In this document: positions 1-11,218 of the stretch, one piece after another
Position numbering within the stretch: the first letter of the stretch is position 1
How the letters are laid out: every line of letters starts with the position of its first letter
Source of the DNA: Euprymna scolopes
Lineage: Eukaryota
Length of the DNA: 64,000 nucleotides
NCBI GenBank assembly: GCA_053919585.1
Contig: CM132820.1
Direction: 5' to 3' (one strand)
The notes under the pieces: model-generated
Databases searched by the model: none
What the model was told of the DNA's origin: nothing
What the model saw: only the letters and a program-made list of their open reading frames with translations
Program-made: the position numbers and the translations under genes

Positions 1-37
1 GATGAGCTGTGAAACAGCGAAACAGTACTGTATGTGG
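1..37 (+). ncRNA. Minimal type I hammerhead ribozyme, 5' end cut by the window edge
   Basis: (CT)GATGA core, stem II GCTGT-GAA-ACAGC, GAAAC, palindromic stem III ACAGTACTGT and GTA cleavage triplet. This architecture is typical of Penelope-associated hammerheads. The 5' strand of stem I lies outside the window. Confidence 0.7.
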
Positions 38-42
38 ATGAC

Positions 43-108
<66 letters not shown>
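43..108. repeat. (TA)n microsatellite
   Basis: Direct reading. Further (TA)n tracts at ~3166-3195, 3526-3576 and 7432-7481. Confidence 0.95.
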
Positions 109-113
<5 letters not shown>

Positions 114-435
114 CAATTACATTGACAAACCAGTTCTCGCCAGATCACTGAAGTTAAGCAACATTGAGCCTGGCCAGTACCAGATGATTGACCATTTGGG
201 AAGGCAAGGCGCTGTATGTATCGTGAGGTAAAATACCAGGTTGAGAAACTGGTGCAGTTTATCCTTCTTTCAAGGGTAGATGAGACTCTCTTAAACCATG
301 GTAGGCACCCTGTCTAGTGATGGCATTATAGTTAAAAAAATACCCTTGATGGCCCTGGCTACGGCAAGATTTGAATTACACTACAAACTCGTGTAGTGAG
401 TTCAATCTTGGCTATTGCAACGCTGGATGGATGGA
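107..435 (+). mobile_element. 5S rRNA-derived SINE (SINE3-like), or 5S pseudogene with a tail
   Basis: 107-218 aligns by eye to invertebrate 5S rRNA (CCAGTTCTCGCCAGATCACTGAAGTTAAGCAACATTGAGCCTGGCCAGTAC...GATGATTGACC...TGGGAA), with box A and a degenerate box C. It is followed by a ~200-bp body ending in TGGATGGATGGA. Confidence 0.7.
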
Positions 436-1699
436 TATATATATAGCTATACAAAAGGTCAGAAAAACATTGATACCGTGGATTTTAAGCCTAACATAAG
501 GAGGCCCAGTAAATGGTAAATAATGCTAGGCTAATATCCGACATATTTTTTTCTGTTTATCTTTCTAAAGAAAAACTAAGACCGCACATATTATCTCTAA
601 TAATGTTCATTTTTATTTAATTATATCTTGTCTGTCCCTATTTCTATATATTTTTTTTTAATATCAATTTTTCAATTATTTATTTAATATATTTTTGTAA
701 ATATATGTTAGATTATTTTGTTTAATATCTTGTCCTATTTTGTTCTTAATTAAAATTGCTTCTGATTTTGATCGGTTATTTCTGACGAGTCTAAGGGAAG
801 TAATTAATTGTTGTGGAGACGCTCATTAATTAACATAGGTGAGTGAGTGAGATATATAAAGGTATCAATTACCAATACCGGGGGAGTTCTTCAATGACCG
901 CCAAATAGGCAAGACATCTATGTTGCCTCCAGTAAGACATGCAACACGCCACCTGTCAGAATATCTCCAACTGAAGTATATCTGAAGACATGTAAATATG
1001 TAAATAACTTTTCTGCCTAATATATTATTGTATACCTTTACTTTCCATGTTCTTGTTAATTATTTGTGCAGACACTACATTAATGTATCTTTTTAATTTT
1101 TTAAATCTTTTTCTTATTTCAATTGAAGGGGGTAACTCATGAATCATTAAATTTTTGTATTTTATTATATGTATTATATGCTTTTAATTTTAATTATTTA
1201 AAAGTTAACGGATCAGTATTTCATGTTATTATTTTATTTTTATATTTGGTTACTATATACCTGGGTATATTTAAATAATATCAGGTTCTAAGTGACTTTA
1301 TAGTCAGTATATTCTTATGTAAATTATTTTAATTTACTGAGTTGTAATGTCGAGGTCTTAAATTCACTTACCCTAAAGATTCTTTTATATTTGTGTTCTT
1401 TCTATTTTTTAGTTTGATATATTTGAGTTTTTATATATCATATTTTCTTATATTTTTGTTTATTTTGGAAGATGGTATTCATTTATCTAGCTCTTTGGTC
1501 AAGTTTTATTTATTTATTTATTTTATTTTTACCGAATTTTTGTTTATCTCTTTGGTTAAATTTTTTTATTTATTTGTTTACTTAATTTTTACTGAATTCT
1601 TGTATATATATATCTGTAAATATTTTATACCATTCTATGTCAAATTGTCCAAAACAGCCATTTACATACATACATATTTATTATTTTAAAAATATAATT

Positions 1700-1818
1700 A
1701 TCCACTCGCACGTGTTTCGTCGTCTACGACTAATCAGAGTGGCTGAATCTAGCAAGATTTGAAATCAGGACCCCACGGTAATGAGCCTAAACCCTTTATC
1801 TGCTCGTCCATCTAGCAC
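1700..1818 (-). mobile_element. tRNA-like SINE head fused to a degenerate hammerhead ribozyme
   Basis: Minus strand: A-box-like TGGACGAGCAG, B-box-like ATTTCAAATCT 45 nt later, then CCACT-CTGATTA-GTCGT AG ACGAC-GAAAC ACGTGC GAGTGG. Confidence 0.55.
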
Positions 1819-2299
1819 GACTGTTTGGATATATCACAATTTACTTAGATGTTTGTTTAATTCATTCAAAACGTATCACAAAAACAAAAGCAAACAATAT
1901 AAATATATATATATATACATATACGCACACAGAACTATACATATATACATGCATCTCCACATGCACGCACATTTATATATCTAAAAATATGCTTTCACCA
2001 TTTAACATTTCTGCTTACTTTATAGTCAGTGTAGTCCTATGTAATTTATAATAATTTACTGAATTATAATATCGAGACTTTTATAATAGCACTTTCTCAA
2101 CCTATATAATTTCACTTCATCTAGGCATATACTTTAATATATTTGAGTTTATGGTATTTTTTATATCGATTGTAAAAAATTGCTTGTTCTTTAATTAAAA
2201 ATTTTGGCCTAAATATCTGCTGTCAATTTTGCTAATTTATTTTATGCTTTAATTTGACTGTATTTAGAATACTCTAAGATTTTCCTTTATGTAGGATCT

Positions 2300-3162
2300 T
2301 TGTTGTTCAGTTCTCACAGTTTAGTATGGGCGCTTGTTTCCTATGTACACAGGCCTTAAAGCATTTGCTGTGGACATTCAACAGATCTTTTGGGGGCCAT
2401 TTATAGCCCTTATGGTTTACTATTTCTCCGCATCACAAAAGGGGCACAATTTTGAAGCAGGTGAGTATGCCGCCCTTCTTTCTATATTCATCTATTTAAG
2501 GATGAATGGTGTTCTGTTGTCTTTTCATTGCCATACTCGGGCAGCTAATGCTGTCTTTATTCTTGTTCTTCCCCTAAAAGAACTGTTATGCATGTAAAAT
2601 CTTTGCTGAAAAGTCCTTTGTGTCATACGAATGTACTACCTTCTTTTTCATTGCGTTCGCTTACAATGATTTTTATTGATGGAGTGATTAAGTAGCTGGT
2701 CTTAACTGTGTTCCTATTGAATAATTTGTGCAGTTATCTTGTAGAGAGAAATTTCTGTCCAGCAGTTTCAGGAATAAATGTCTTACTCATGTTTTTATGT
2801 TGAGGGAAAATGGAGGTGCAAACCAAATGATGTCCTGCCTTCTGTTATGTTAGTTTTTTGTTAGCTGATGTTGGGTTGCCTGGTATATGATGTTTTCTGT
2901 GAACCCACTTTTTTGGAGCGCCTCATTGTAATATGGGGCAGCTTGATTGAAGATGCCAGCATTTGATGAGAGCATGGAGACTATTTTGCTGATATTGGCA
3001 GCCATGTTCTTAAAAATTGTAGGGGGATGACAAAATCCTTTGTTTATGTAACTTAGTGTCTCATTGAGCTTATGGAAGGGGTTATGTGTCCTATTTTCAA
3101 GCTCTTATATTGAAAATCTTTCTTTGTAATTGAGCACTTTGATGGCATTCTTTCCCCAAAAC

Positions 3163-3165
<3 letters not shown>
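2300..3165 (-). mobile_element. Penelope-like element, decayed RT thumb/GIY-YIG C-terminal region
   Basis: Minus-strand translation across stops gives YINKGFCHPPTIFKN, RRQDIIWFAPPFSLN, TALAARVWQ and AYSPASKLCPFCDAEK...CVHRK, which are characteristic PLE motifs. Confidence 0.8.
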
Positions 3166-3197
<32 letters not shown>

Positions 3198-3523
3198 CTT
3201 GTATTTAATATACTGAGTTTGTGTAATCCAGTAAATTTTCATATAATAATAAGTTGCTTTTCACGGAGGTTATCTCCAGAGTGTATGTTTTTCACATGCT
3301 TCTTTTTCCGTTAAGGGAAGTTTTCTTTTTTTTTTTTTACTTTAAATAATGTTCTATTATAAAGAGTGTTTTTATTCATAATGTCTGAAGAAATGCTGGT
3401 TTTTGTGAAAATTTTCAAACGCCATACTGTTTGAAATTGTCAATTTGGCATGGAAACAATTGTAACGTAAAATGTAATAAACCTCTTGTTGCTATCAACA
3501 CCTTTTTTGGAGTCTTGTTTTTG

Positions 3524-3578
<55 letters not shown>

Positions 3579-3595
3579 TAGCTTATGAAAAAAAG

Positions 3596-4611
3596 GGTAC
3601 TCTTTCATAATTTGACCCGAATTCTCGTGAATTCCCATAAAGCATGGATCGGGCGAGACCGGCAATTATCAGTGTCAGCTGAGCGCATCGTAACAGACGT
3701 AAACTAATGAGAAAGAAAAAAAACGGAAAAAATACAAATGCAAATAATAAAAAATAACAACGAAATAAAACTACCTTGAAAAATGGAAATATGTTTATTT
3801 CATTTTAGTATTTAATATTTTGTTTTGTTTTTTTGTTTTTTGCAAAATATTTATCAACAGAAAGTTTGTTTGTTTTGTTTTTTTCTCCAAGAAAAGATTT
3901 TTTAACTGTATAATTGTTAGGTCTAAGTACAAGTTTGTTGTTTTTTTTGTTGTTGTTTTCTTTTCTTTTTTGCAACTGTATTTGTTTTTCTTGTTTTGTT
4001 TTTTTTCAAGACTTGTTGTTCAGTCAAGTTCTTTTGTTGGCACTGTCCATTTGTACATCTCTAGGAGACACCATCCTTTACACACGATCTGTGTTAAGTA
4101 AACATTTCTGTTTTGCACCTCATTTTTTGGGGACAACAATTTCTTCTTCTGGCAATATAAGATTGTCTGCATCGATGTTTTCATTTTTTTTTCTAACATG
4201 TATAAATTTATTTTCGTGCCTTTAATTTTTCTGTTTGGCGTGTTTGAAAACATATTTATCAGCTTTCTTTTTTCTTTTTTTTTTGTTGGTTTAATCGTTT
4301 CTTTCCATTAGAATGTCGTCTGCTTCCATTTAGATAGCGCTTTTTCATTGGTTAATCAAACGGCCAAAAATTCAATTAAAAAAAAGAATAATTAAATAAT
4401 AAATAACTAATCAGAAAAATAAAAAGTCACCCCCGCCCCCTTAATATCACCTTAAAAATTACTAAAAACACAAGAGAAAAAAATTAAATGAATAAAATAA
4501 AAAGTCGAGTTAGCGTTTCAACATTTGACTGACACCGATAATTGCCAGTCTCGCCCGATCCATGCTTGACAGGAATTCCCGAGAATTTGGGTCAAATTAT
4601 TCAAGAGTACC
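3596..4611. mobile_element. Non-autonomous DNA transposon/MITE with ~85-bp TIRs (Merlin-like)
   Basis: GGTACTCTT..ATAATTTGACCC..AGCATGGATCGGGCGAGAC..GGCAATTATC..GTGTCAG at the left end and its reverse complement at the right end. Flanks GAAAAAAAG / GAAAAAAG fit an 8-9-bp TSD; termini are GG...CC. Confidence 0.75.
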
Positions 4612-5951
4612 GAAAAAAGAATTAAACTCTTCACTTATCGTCAGATGAAATGCTAAAAAAATACATGGCTAAATATAGTTTGTTTATTCCCCTACAGGCG
4701 CCTGTACTTAATTTTAAGCTATCATAGAATTTTGTTTTCTTTTAACTTCGCTACAACACAAATCTATAGAGTGATATAAAAAGTTGGAATTATTCGAAAT
4801 TCAAGTACTTATATTATAATATTTTTGCATATTCCTATAGTAAATCATCCTAAATTTTATTTAGACGAAAAACACAATTATTTGGTTCAAAAAACTTTAA
4901 AAAAATATTTTAATATTTTAGCGATCAAGACAAAGATGACGCCCAATGGCGTGATTGTGAAAAATTTTAATGTAAAATTCCATTAAAAATAATAGAAAAG
5001 GTTTTATATCATTCTGCTTTTAATATGATAGAATTAAGGCGTTTATCTTTCCGGAGCACAAAAAAGTTACTCAAGAATGATGGATTTTAATAGATTTTAA
5101 TTCGCTAAAAAAAAAAAAAAAAAAAACAGCTTGCTTTTTTTTTTTTTTTTCACTTTTTGGCCATGACTACATTTTTAAAACTCGTTTTCAATTAAAAAAA
5201 AAAAGTAGTAAAAAAAAGAATGGCACTAGTGCACTTATTGATCCGTGCTGAAATAACGTTATTATTTAATAAGCCATTCTTAACATGGGGGTGTTTTGTA
5301 CCTATTCTATACTTTAACCTTACAATTGAATTAAAAAAAAAACAAACCATATAGTAAAACTTTAATTAAACTTGGAAATACGATTTTAAAAATAGCGCGA
5401 ATCAGCACCAAAAGAATAAAATTAAAATAAGCGTCTTTTGGCAATTGATTATTATGCTAGTCGAAAAAAAAAGCAGTTTTCTTTAATAAAAATTCAGTTT
5501 CTTATGTAATGTTTTCATTTTAAAAAATGTTAACTGCTTACAATTCATTAAATTTGCGTTGGTTTAAGCGTCCCAAATTATCGCGGGGAAAAAAATGAAC
5601 AAATCTCTAAGTAAAACAGAATTACCTCCCTTAGAACAATGAGTTAAGCTTCCGATTTACCAGCATATTAAAGTTACCGTAAAGAACAGTTCTGAGAAAA
5701 GTAGCTATCCTCTTTCGTTACAGGCAGTAAACAAGTGACTAAAGAGGGTCGTGGCATTTTAACAATAGCCAATAAAACAAAAACGGGACGAACAAAATAA
5801 AAATACAACGAATAAATGTTATACAAACAATAATAAAATTAGTCCGTTTGAACACGATTGATGCCAGTTATTAGTTGTGATTCGGTTTAATTTTTTATTT
5901 TTTGGGGACGATTATCGAGGCCCCACGTTATTTTGGTATTATTATACAAAC

Positions 5952-7236
5952 NNNNNNNNNNNNNNNNNNNNNNNNNNNNNNNNNNNNNNNNNNNNNNNNN
6001 NNNNNNNNNNNNNNNNNNNNNNNNNNNNNNNNNNNNNNNNNNNNNNNNNNNNNNNNNNNNNNNNNNNNNNNNNNNNNNNNNNNNNNNNNNNNNNNNNNNN
6101 NNNNNNNGTGTTTGTATAGTTTTACCGTTATTTTTTTGTCTCTTTCTTACTTAACAAAACTGACACTAAGTGTATAATAAACTAAAAAGAACACTTGAAA
6201 CTTGATTAAAATACACAAACGGTACTTCTGTAGAATACGGACAGTGTAATCTTTTTACATAGGATTTTCAAGTTCAATTCAATTTTTACGTTATCTTTTC
6301 TAAATTAAACTGTTAGATTAAAGTATAGTAAAGTTACAAAATGTCTCCTCCTCATGTTAAACATGTGTTTCTGAATAATAACGCTCTAATTTCAACAGTA
6401 ACACTGTCCGTATTATGCATAAGTACGAAAGCGAATACATTTGTAATTTTAACAATTTTCACGTCTCCTTAGATTTCGCATTTTTTTTATGTTGCACTGT
6501 TTGCAATATTCAACCGTGCTGATAAATAATAATTACTTACCTCCAAATAATTTGTAATTAATAACATAAACACTTGATTAAACAGCTGAAAATGAAATGT
6601 TAAATCATTTCTGCAAAATTAAGCAGTACAAAAGATAAAGATATTTCAACGATCGGTGTTAAAGAAAAATTGATCCCTTCTTAAAAAACGGTCTTTGTTT
6701 TATTTAACGATTAGAATCGACTTTAAGTATTGGTTCAAATTCAAAATGAATCGCGTGTACATATAACAATACATGGTCANNNNNNNNNNNNNNNNNNNNN
6801 NNNNNNNNNNNNNNNNNNNNNNNNNNNNNNNNNNNNNNNNNNNNNNNNNNNNNNNNNNNNNNNNNNNNNNNNNNNNNNNNNNNNNNNNNNNNNNNNNNNN
6901 NNNNNNNNNNNNNNNNNNNNNNNNNNNNNNNNNNNNNNNNNNNNNNNNNNNNNNNNNNNNNNNNNNNNNNNNNNNNNNNNNNNNNNNNNNNNNNNNNNNN
7001 NNNNNNNNNNNNNNNNNNNNNNNCGAAACTCAGCGGATTAAAGACGATCCTCTTATTAAGTGTTTCCTTTTCAGATTAAATATGNNNNNNNNNNNNNNNN
7101 NNNNNNNNNNNNNNNNNNNNNNNNNNNNNNNNNNNNNNNNNNNNNNNNNNNNNNNNNNNNNNNNNNNNNNNNNNNNNNNNNNNNNNNNNNNNNNNNNNNN
7201 NNNNNNNNNNNNNNNNNNNNNNNNNNNNNNNNNNNN
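5952..7236. other. Assembly gaps (N runs)
   Basis: N blocks at 5952-6107, 6780-7023 and 7085-7236; another at 59565-59728. Confidence 0.99.
6222..6426. mobile_element. Small MITE-like inverted-repeat element
   Basis: 26-bp imperfect inverted repeats: GTACTTCTGTAGAATACGGACAGTGT (6222-6247) and ACACTGTCCGTATTATGCATAAGTAC (6401-6426). Confidence 0.5.
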
Positions 7237-7429
7237 TTTGTTAGCGATACTTTTTGAATGAATTCAATTATTCATACGAAATTGCATTTTTACTTAAATG
7301 CGAGTTAGGAATAATTTTCCCTTTGACCAATTTGGTACCACCTTAAATGGGGAGCGGCATATATATTATTTTTAAAATATAATTATCCACTGACACGTAT
7401 ATATATTCAACTTTTCATTTTTCAATCTG

Positions 7430-7484
<55 letters not shown>

Positions 7485-8419
7485 AAATGTGTGTGTGTGT
7501 GTGTGTGTGTGTGCATTTCCTTATCAAATAACTCTGTCAATTTTCGGTCTAGAGACTCGAGATTTTGTAGTGAACTACTACTATGATGCTGCTAAGTATG
7601 ATTCCCTTATTTCTTTCTTTCTCCCTACTCATCTACTTTTCACTTCCTTTCTTCTCTCAACGTCACCAGAGGTTTCAGCCAATCAGAATAGAGGACTGTC
7701 ATGGAGGGTGATACAAAGAAGAAATCTGTCTCAGACATGCGGAAACGATAGAAGCATCAACACATGACAAACCAGTTTCCCTGGGTAAAGACTTTTATCA
7801 AAGAAATGTCCCATCTTCTTTGTACCCTATATCTTGAAAACGTTTATAAAACATCATCAATCCTAAAGTCTCGTCGCACTTAATTATAACCCGATGTTTT
7901 CTTTTCCACAACCATTCTTTTTCAGCACTCTTGTTGTCTCTCTAATGTCGGAAGTGCCTCAAAAAGGGGACCGACCGAAATGGTGACCCTTTTTCAAATG
8001 TCGTTAAAATTTATGGTAACCGCTATAATTTGGTGAACGCCTGACGTACGTATATACACGCAATCTTCAATGAACAAACAAAAAAAAACGAAAACGATGA
8101 GAACGTGACAGAGTAAAATAAAAAGAAAAAGAAGAAAAAGCCTTTCCAAAACTACAGTAGAACCTTACAAAAAAAAAGGGTATATAAATCTGCTTTCCAA
8201 GAAATGCCGATAATATGCATTTTAGCTATTTTTGTGAAATAGTTTACGCTAAATAAAGCAAAACAAACAAACAAGAAAAATAAGCAGTAAAAAAAACCTC
8301 TTTTTTTACGTGATTCTCACCAGATAAATGACTAAAATAACATCTGGTCTAAAACTATTCTGTAACAACAAAAAAGTGATTTTAAGAATCAATAAAGAAT
8401 CCCAAATTTCATTCTGAAA

Positions 8420-8610
8420 CACACACACACCCGTACACAGAAAAAGGAAGCTTCCAGACGCACGCTTGTGAAGCCAATTTTGGAACACGTGTGGTCACAC
8501 ACCCGCACACAAAAAAGGAACCTTCCAGACGCACGTGTGTGAAGACAATTTTAGAACACGTGTGTGCATCGACGAACTCAGTTTTTTTTCTTTAAGAACA
8601 TTGACTATAT

Positions 8611-8652
<42 letters not shown>

Positions 8653-8672
8653 ACACACAGACACACACACAC
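8420..8672. repeat. ~70-bp tandem duplication followed by (CA)n
   Basis: Two copies of CACACCCG.ACAC..AAAAGGAA.CTTCCAGACGCACG..TGTGAAG.CAATTTT.GAACACGTGTG, then a CA repeat at 8614-8672. Confidence 0.8.
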
Positions 8673-8819
8673 ATATATAAATATGATTTAATTGACGCTA
8701 TTTCTCCAAGCACTTGCTGAAATTAACCTCTGGTGAGTACTCGCTTTTCTCTCTTCTTGCTTATCACCCCTCCGAGCCATTTCCTTTAGTTGTAGCTACA
8801 AATAAATAATAATAAAAAA

Positions 8820-10244
8820 AATGATGCCACCATAGCATTTTATCGGAGTACCATTATATGCTATTAGTTTGTTTTTCCTTGTTTTCTTTTCTATGTTTGG
8901 GAAACCATAGGCATCCAATTTCTCCGGGAACATTCTACGATATGTAGAGACTGGTAATGTGTTACCTTGGGCTCCTGTATCAATTTTCACCCTCAACCTG
9001 TGGACTCCGTTTCTGTTAGGTAATTTAATATTTACATAAACAAAAGCTTCGTCGCTCTGAGTGATAGAGAACGTTTTGATGCTGTTAGAAGTAAGGCTTT
9101 CAAGTTCTTCATCTATTCCTTGAGTATTGCATATTGCATCAGCTTGGATGGGCCGTCTTTTCTTGGACTGATCTCTCCGATGTTGTGGTTGATACTCCGG
9201 CTTTGACGTTTTGTAGTCTCTGCTTCGTGACTTCAATCTTTGCTGTGGTTTTGTTTTGCTTTATAAACAAACTGCTGCCCAGTGGTTATCTTTACCACAT
9301 GTTTTGCATTTTGATCCAGATGCTGGACAAGCTTCACGACGAAGTTCATGGCTTCTACCACAATTAAAACAGTTATTAAATTTCTTAGAACTTTTTGATG
9401 TTCTTATCGTCTGGATAGTGGTTTTACTATTTTCGTTGCTATTAAACCTAACCCTGAGTTGTTTTAGATCTATGTTAGAAACTTCATACATTTTTCCGAT
9501 GCGAATAGCTTCTTCTAATGTTAGGGTATTGTCGTTTCCCAACAACTCCTTTTGGAAATCTACAATTGGAGTGCTGGCGATATTAAGTTCTATTATGCGT
9601 TGTTGTTGATCAGATTCGCATAACGAACATTTTTGTGTGAGTCGTCTACATCTATTTACGAAATCATCCAACGATTCATCTTGTTTTTGTCTGTAGGACA
9701 TTAATTTTAATCGATTACTCACTCTAAAATTCTCTTTTGGCTCGAGCTGTTCTATGAATCGATTAAATATAAATTCAGGAGAGTTTTTTTCTTCTTCCGA
9801 TAATGTCCAGGTATTAAATCTTCTAAGCCCCTCATCCCCGATTTGCAATAAAATATAACTTATTTGTTGTTCTGTTTTTATTTTATTAAGAATAAAATAC
9901 AGTTGCGTTCGTTGTTTGAAAAGTTGGAAGGTTTTGGCCGGGTTTTCTGTTTGCCAGTTCATTGTGGGGATATCGTTTCGAGGCATCGTAATACAGACAG
10001 TAATAACAAAAAGAGATAGTAGCAGTAGTTACAAGTTTAAGAAAAATGGCGCCCAGAATACTAGAAGTTACACAGAGTGTTAAAAGAAAAAAAATGAATC
10101 TAAATACCTGATAAATACTTATATTCTGTGAAAAATGTGTTTTTTTTTTGTTTGTTTTTTGGTTTTTTTTTTTCGGATTCCAGATTCAATTGTTTTCAAA
10201 AGAATGTTTGTTTTCCGTTGTTATTTTATTTTCCGTCACTTCTT

Positions 10245-10277
<33 letters not shown>

Positions 10278-10492
10278 TAATTTTTCTTTTTAATATCCCA
10301 CCGCTGCCACCATGTTGAATTGGTATGTGGGCGTGGGTGTGTTGGTGCTTGAATTATAGCAGAGACGTTTATATGAACAAATTGATTTATTAATACATAT
10401 ATACATAAGGAAAAGATATACACATGTTGACTAGCCCACATACGAGCGGAAAGTGAGAACCTCGTATATATTAATACGCCAGGGGCCACAAC
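8820..10492 (-). mobile_element. 3'-truncated Ty3/Gypsy element (5' LTR, PBS, gag, protease)
   Basis: LTR ~10313-10492; PBS TGGTGGCAGCGGTGGGAT (10295-10312, tRNA-Leu); gag 9986-9261; protease with KIDTGAQGN, truncated near 8820. Confidence 0.88.
9261..9986 (-). CDS. gag: Gypsy gag with CCHC zinc knuckles
   Basis: 241-aa ORF with CFNCGRSH...CPASGSKCKTCGKDNHWAAVC. Confidence 0.85.
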   Translation of the reverse strand: MPRNDIPTMNWQTENPAKTFQLFKQRTQLYFILNKIKTEQQISYILLQIGDEGLRRFNTWTLSEEEKNSPEFIFNRFIEQLEPKENFRVSNRLKLMSYRQKQDESLDDFVNRCRRLTQKCSLCESDQQQRIIELNIASTPIVDFQKELLGNDNTLTLEEAIRIGKMYEVSNIDLKQLRVRFNSNENSKTTIQTIRTSKSSKKFNNCFNCGRSHELRREACPASGSKCKTCGKDNHWAAVCL

Positions 10493-10530
10493 TCTTGCGC
10501 ATATGAAAGTAGTTCTATGATATTACTACA

Positions 10531-10970
10531 GCTGTTCACAGAACTTAAAATACGATTTGGACGACTTGTGCATTTAAATTCGTTTTTCATCGAGGAATTT
10601 AAAATGAGATCCTGTTGTGTTAAAACGAAAAAAAGTTGTCGTTTTTTTTTAAAAACGAAAATGATTTTATAAAAGTACAATTCGGATTTTATGTGTTTGA
10701 AAAAAGTCGTCGCTGTTAAAAAAACTTAAAATGTGATTCGGAAGACGTGTGTGTATTTAAAAGTTATTTTTAAATACGGAATTTAACATGAAATCGTGTT
10801 GTGCTGAAAAGGAGAAAAAAGGTGTCGTTTTTGAACGAAAGTTATTTTGGTGAGAATACAATTCAAATCGATTTTGTTTTTGAAGAAAAAGTAGTCGCTG
10901 TTAAAAAGAATTACACTGCGATTTAGTCGACTTGCATGGAAAGTCGTTTTTAAATGAGAGATTTAAAAAT
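10531..10970. repeat. Degenerate ~183-bp tandem repeat (~2.4 copies)
   Basis: Units start with CTGTT..AAA.AACTTAAAA near 10531, 10713 and 10898. Confidence 0.65.
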
Positions 10971-10973
10971 TAA

Positions 10974-11218
10974 TAGCTGTGTCTAGCGGAGTATTGAGGG
11001 CTAGCTGTGTCTAGCGGAGTGTTGAAGGCTAGCTGTGTCTAGCGGAGTGTTGAGGGCTAGTTATGTCTAGCAGGAGTGTAGAGCGCTAGCTGTGTCTAGC
11101 AGGAGTGTAGAGCGCTTGCTGTGTCTAGCAGGAGTGTAGAGTAGAGTGCTAGCTGTGTCTAGCAGGAGTGTAGAGCGCTAGCTGTGTCTAGCAGGAGTGA
11201 GCGCTAGCTGTGTCTAGC
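10974..11218. repeat. 28-29-bp minisatellite (~9 units)
   Basis: Unit GCTAGCTGTGTCTAGC(A)GGAGTGT(T/A)GAG(G/C). Confidence 0.9.

Noticed and set aside
107-218. Functional 5S rRNA gene
   Set aside because: It has many substitutions, a damaged box C and no oligo-T terminator, and it is not in a tandem array.
780-830. CTGACGAG as a third hammerhead core
   Set aside because: No GAAA follows a plausible stem II, and no stem I or III is evident.
5877-7261. ORFs spanning the N runs, plus short F/I/Y-rich and ER/VC-repeat ORFs elsewhere
   Set aside because: They are artefacts of gaps, microsatellites and AT-rich low-complexity sequence.
10974-11218. CRISPR-like array of hairpin repeats
   Set aside because: The intervening sequences are near-identical rather than unique spacers, the context is eukaryotic and there are no cas genes. 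It is a minisatellite.
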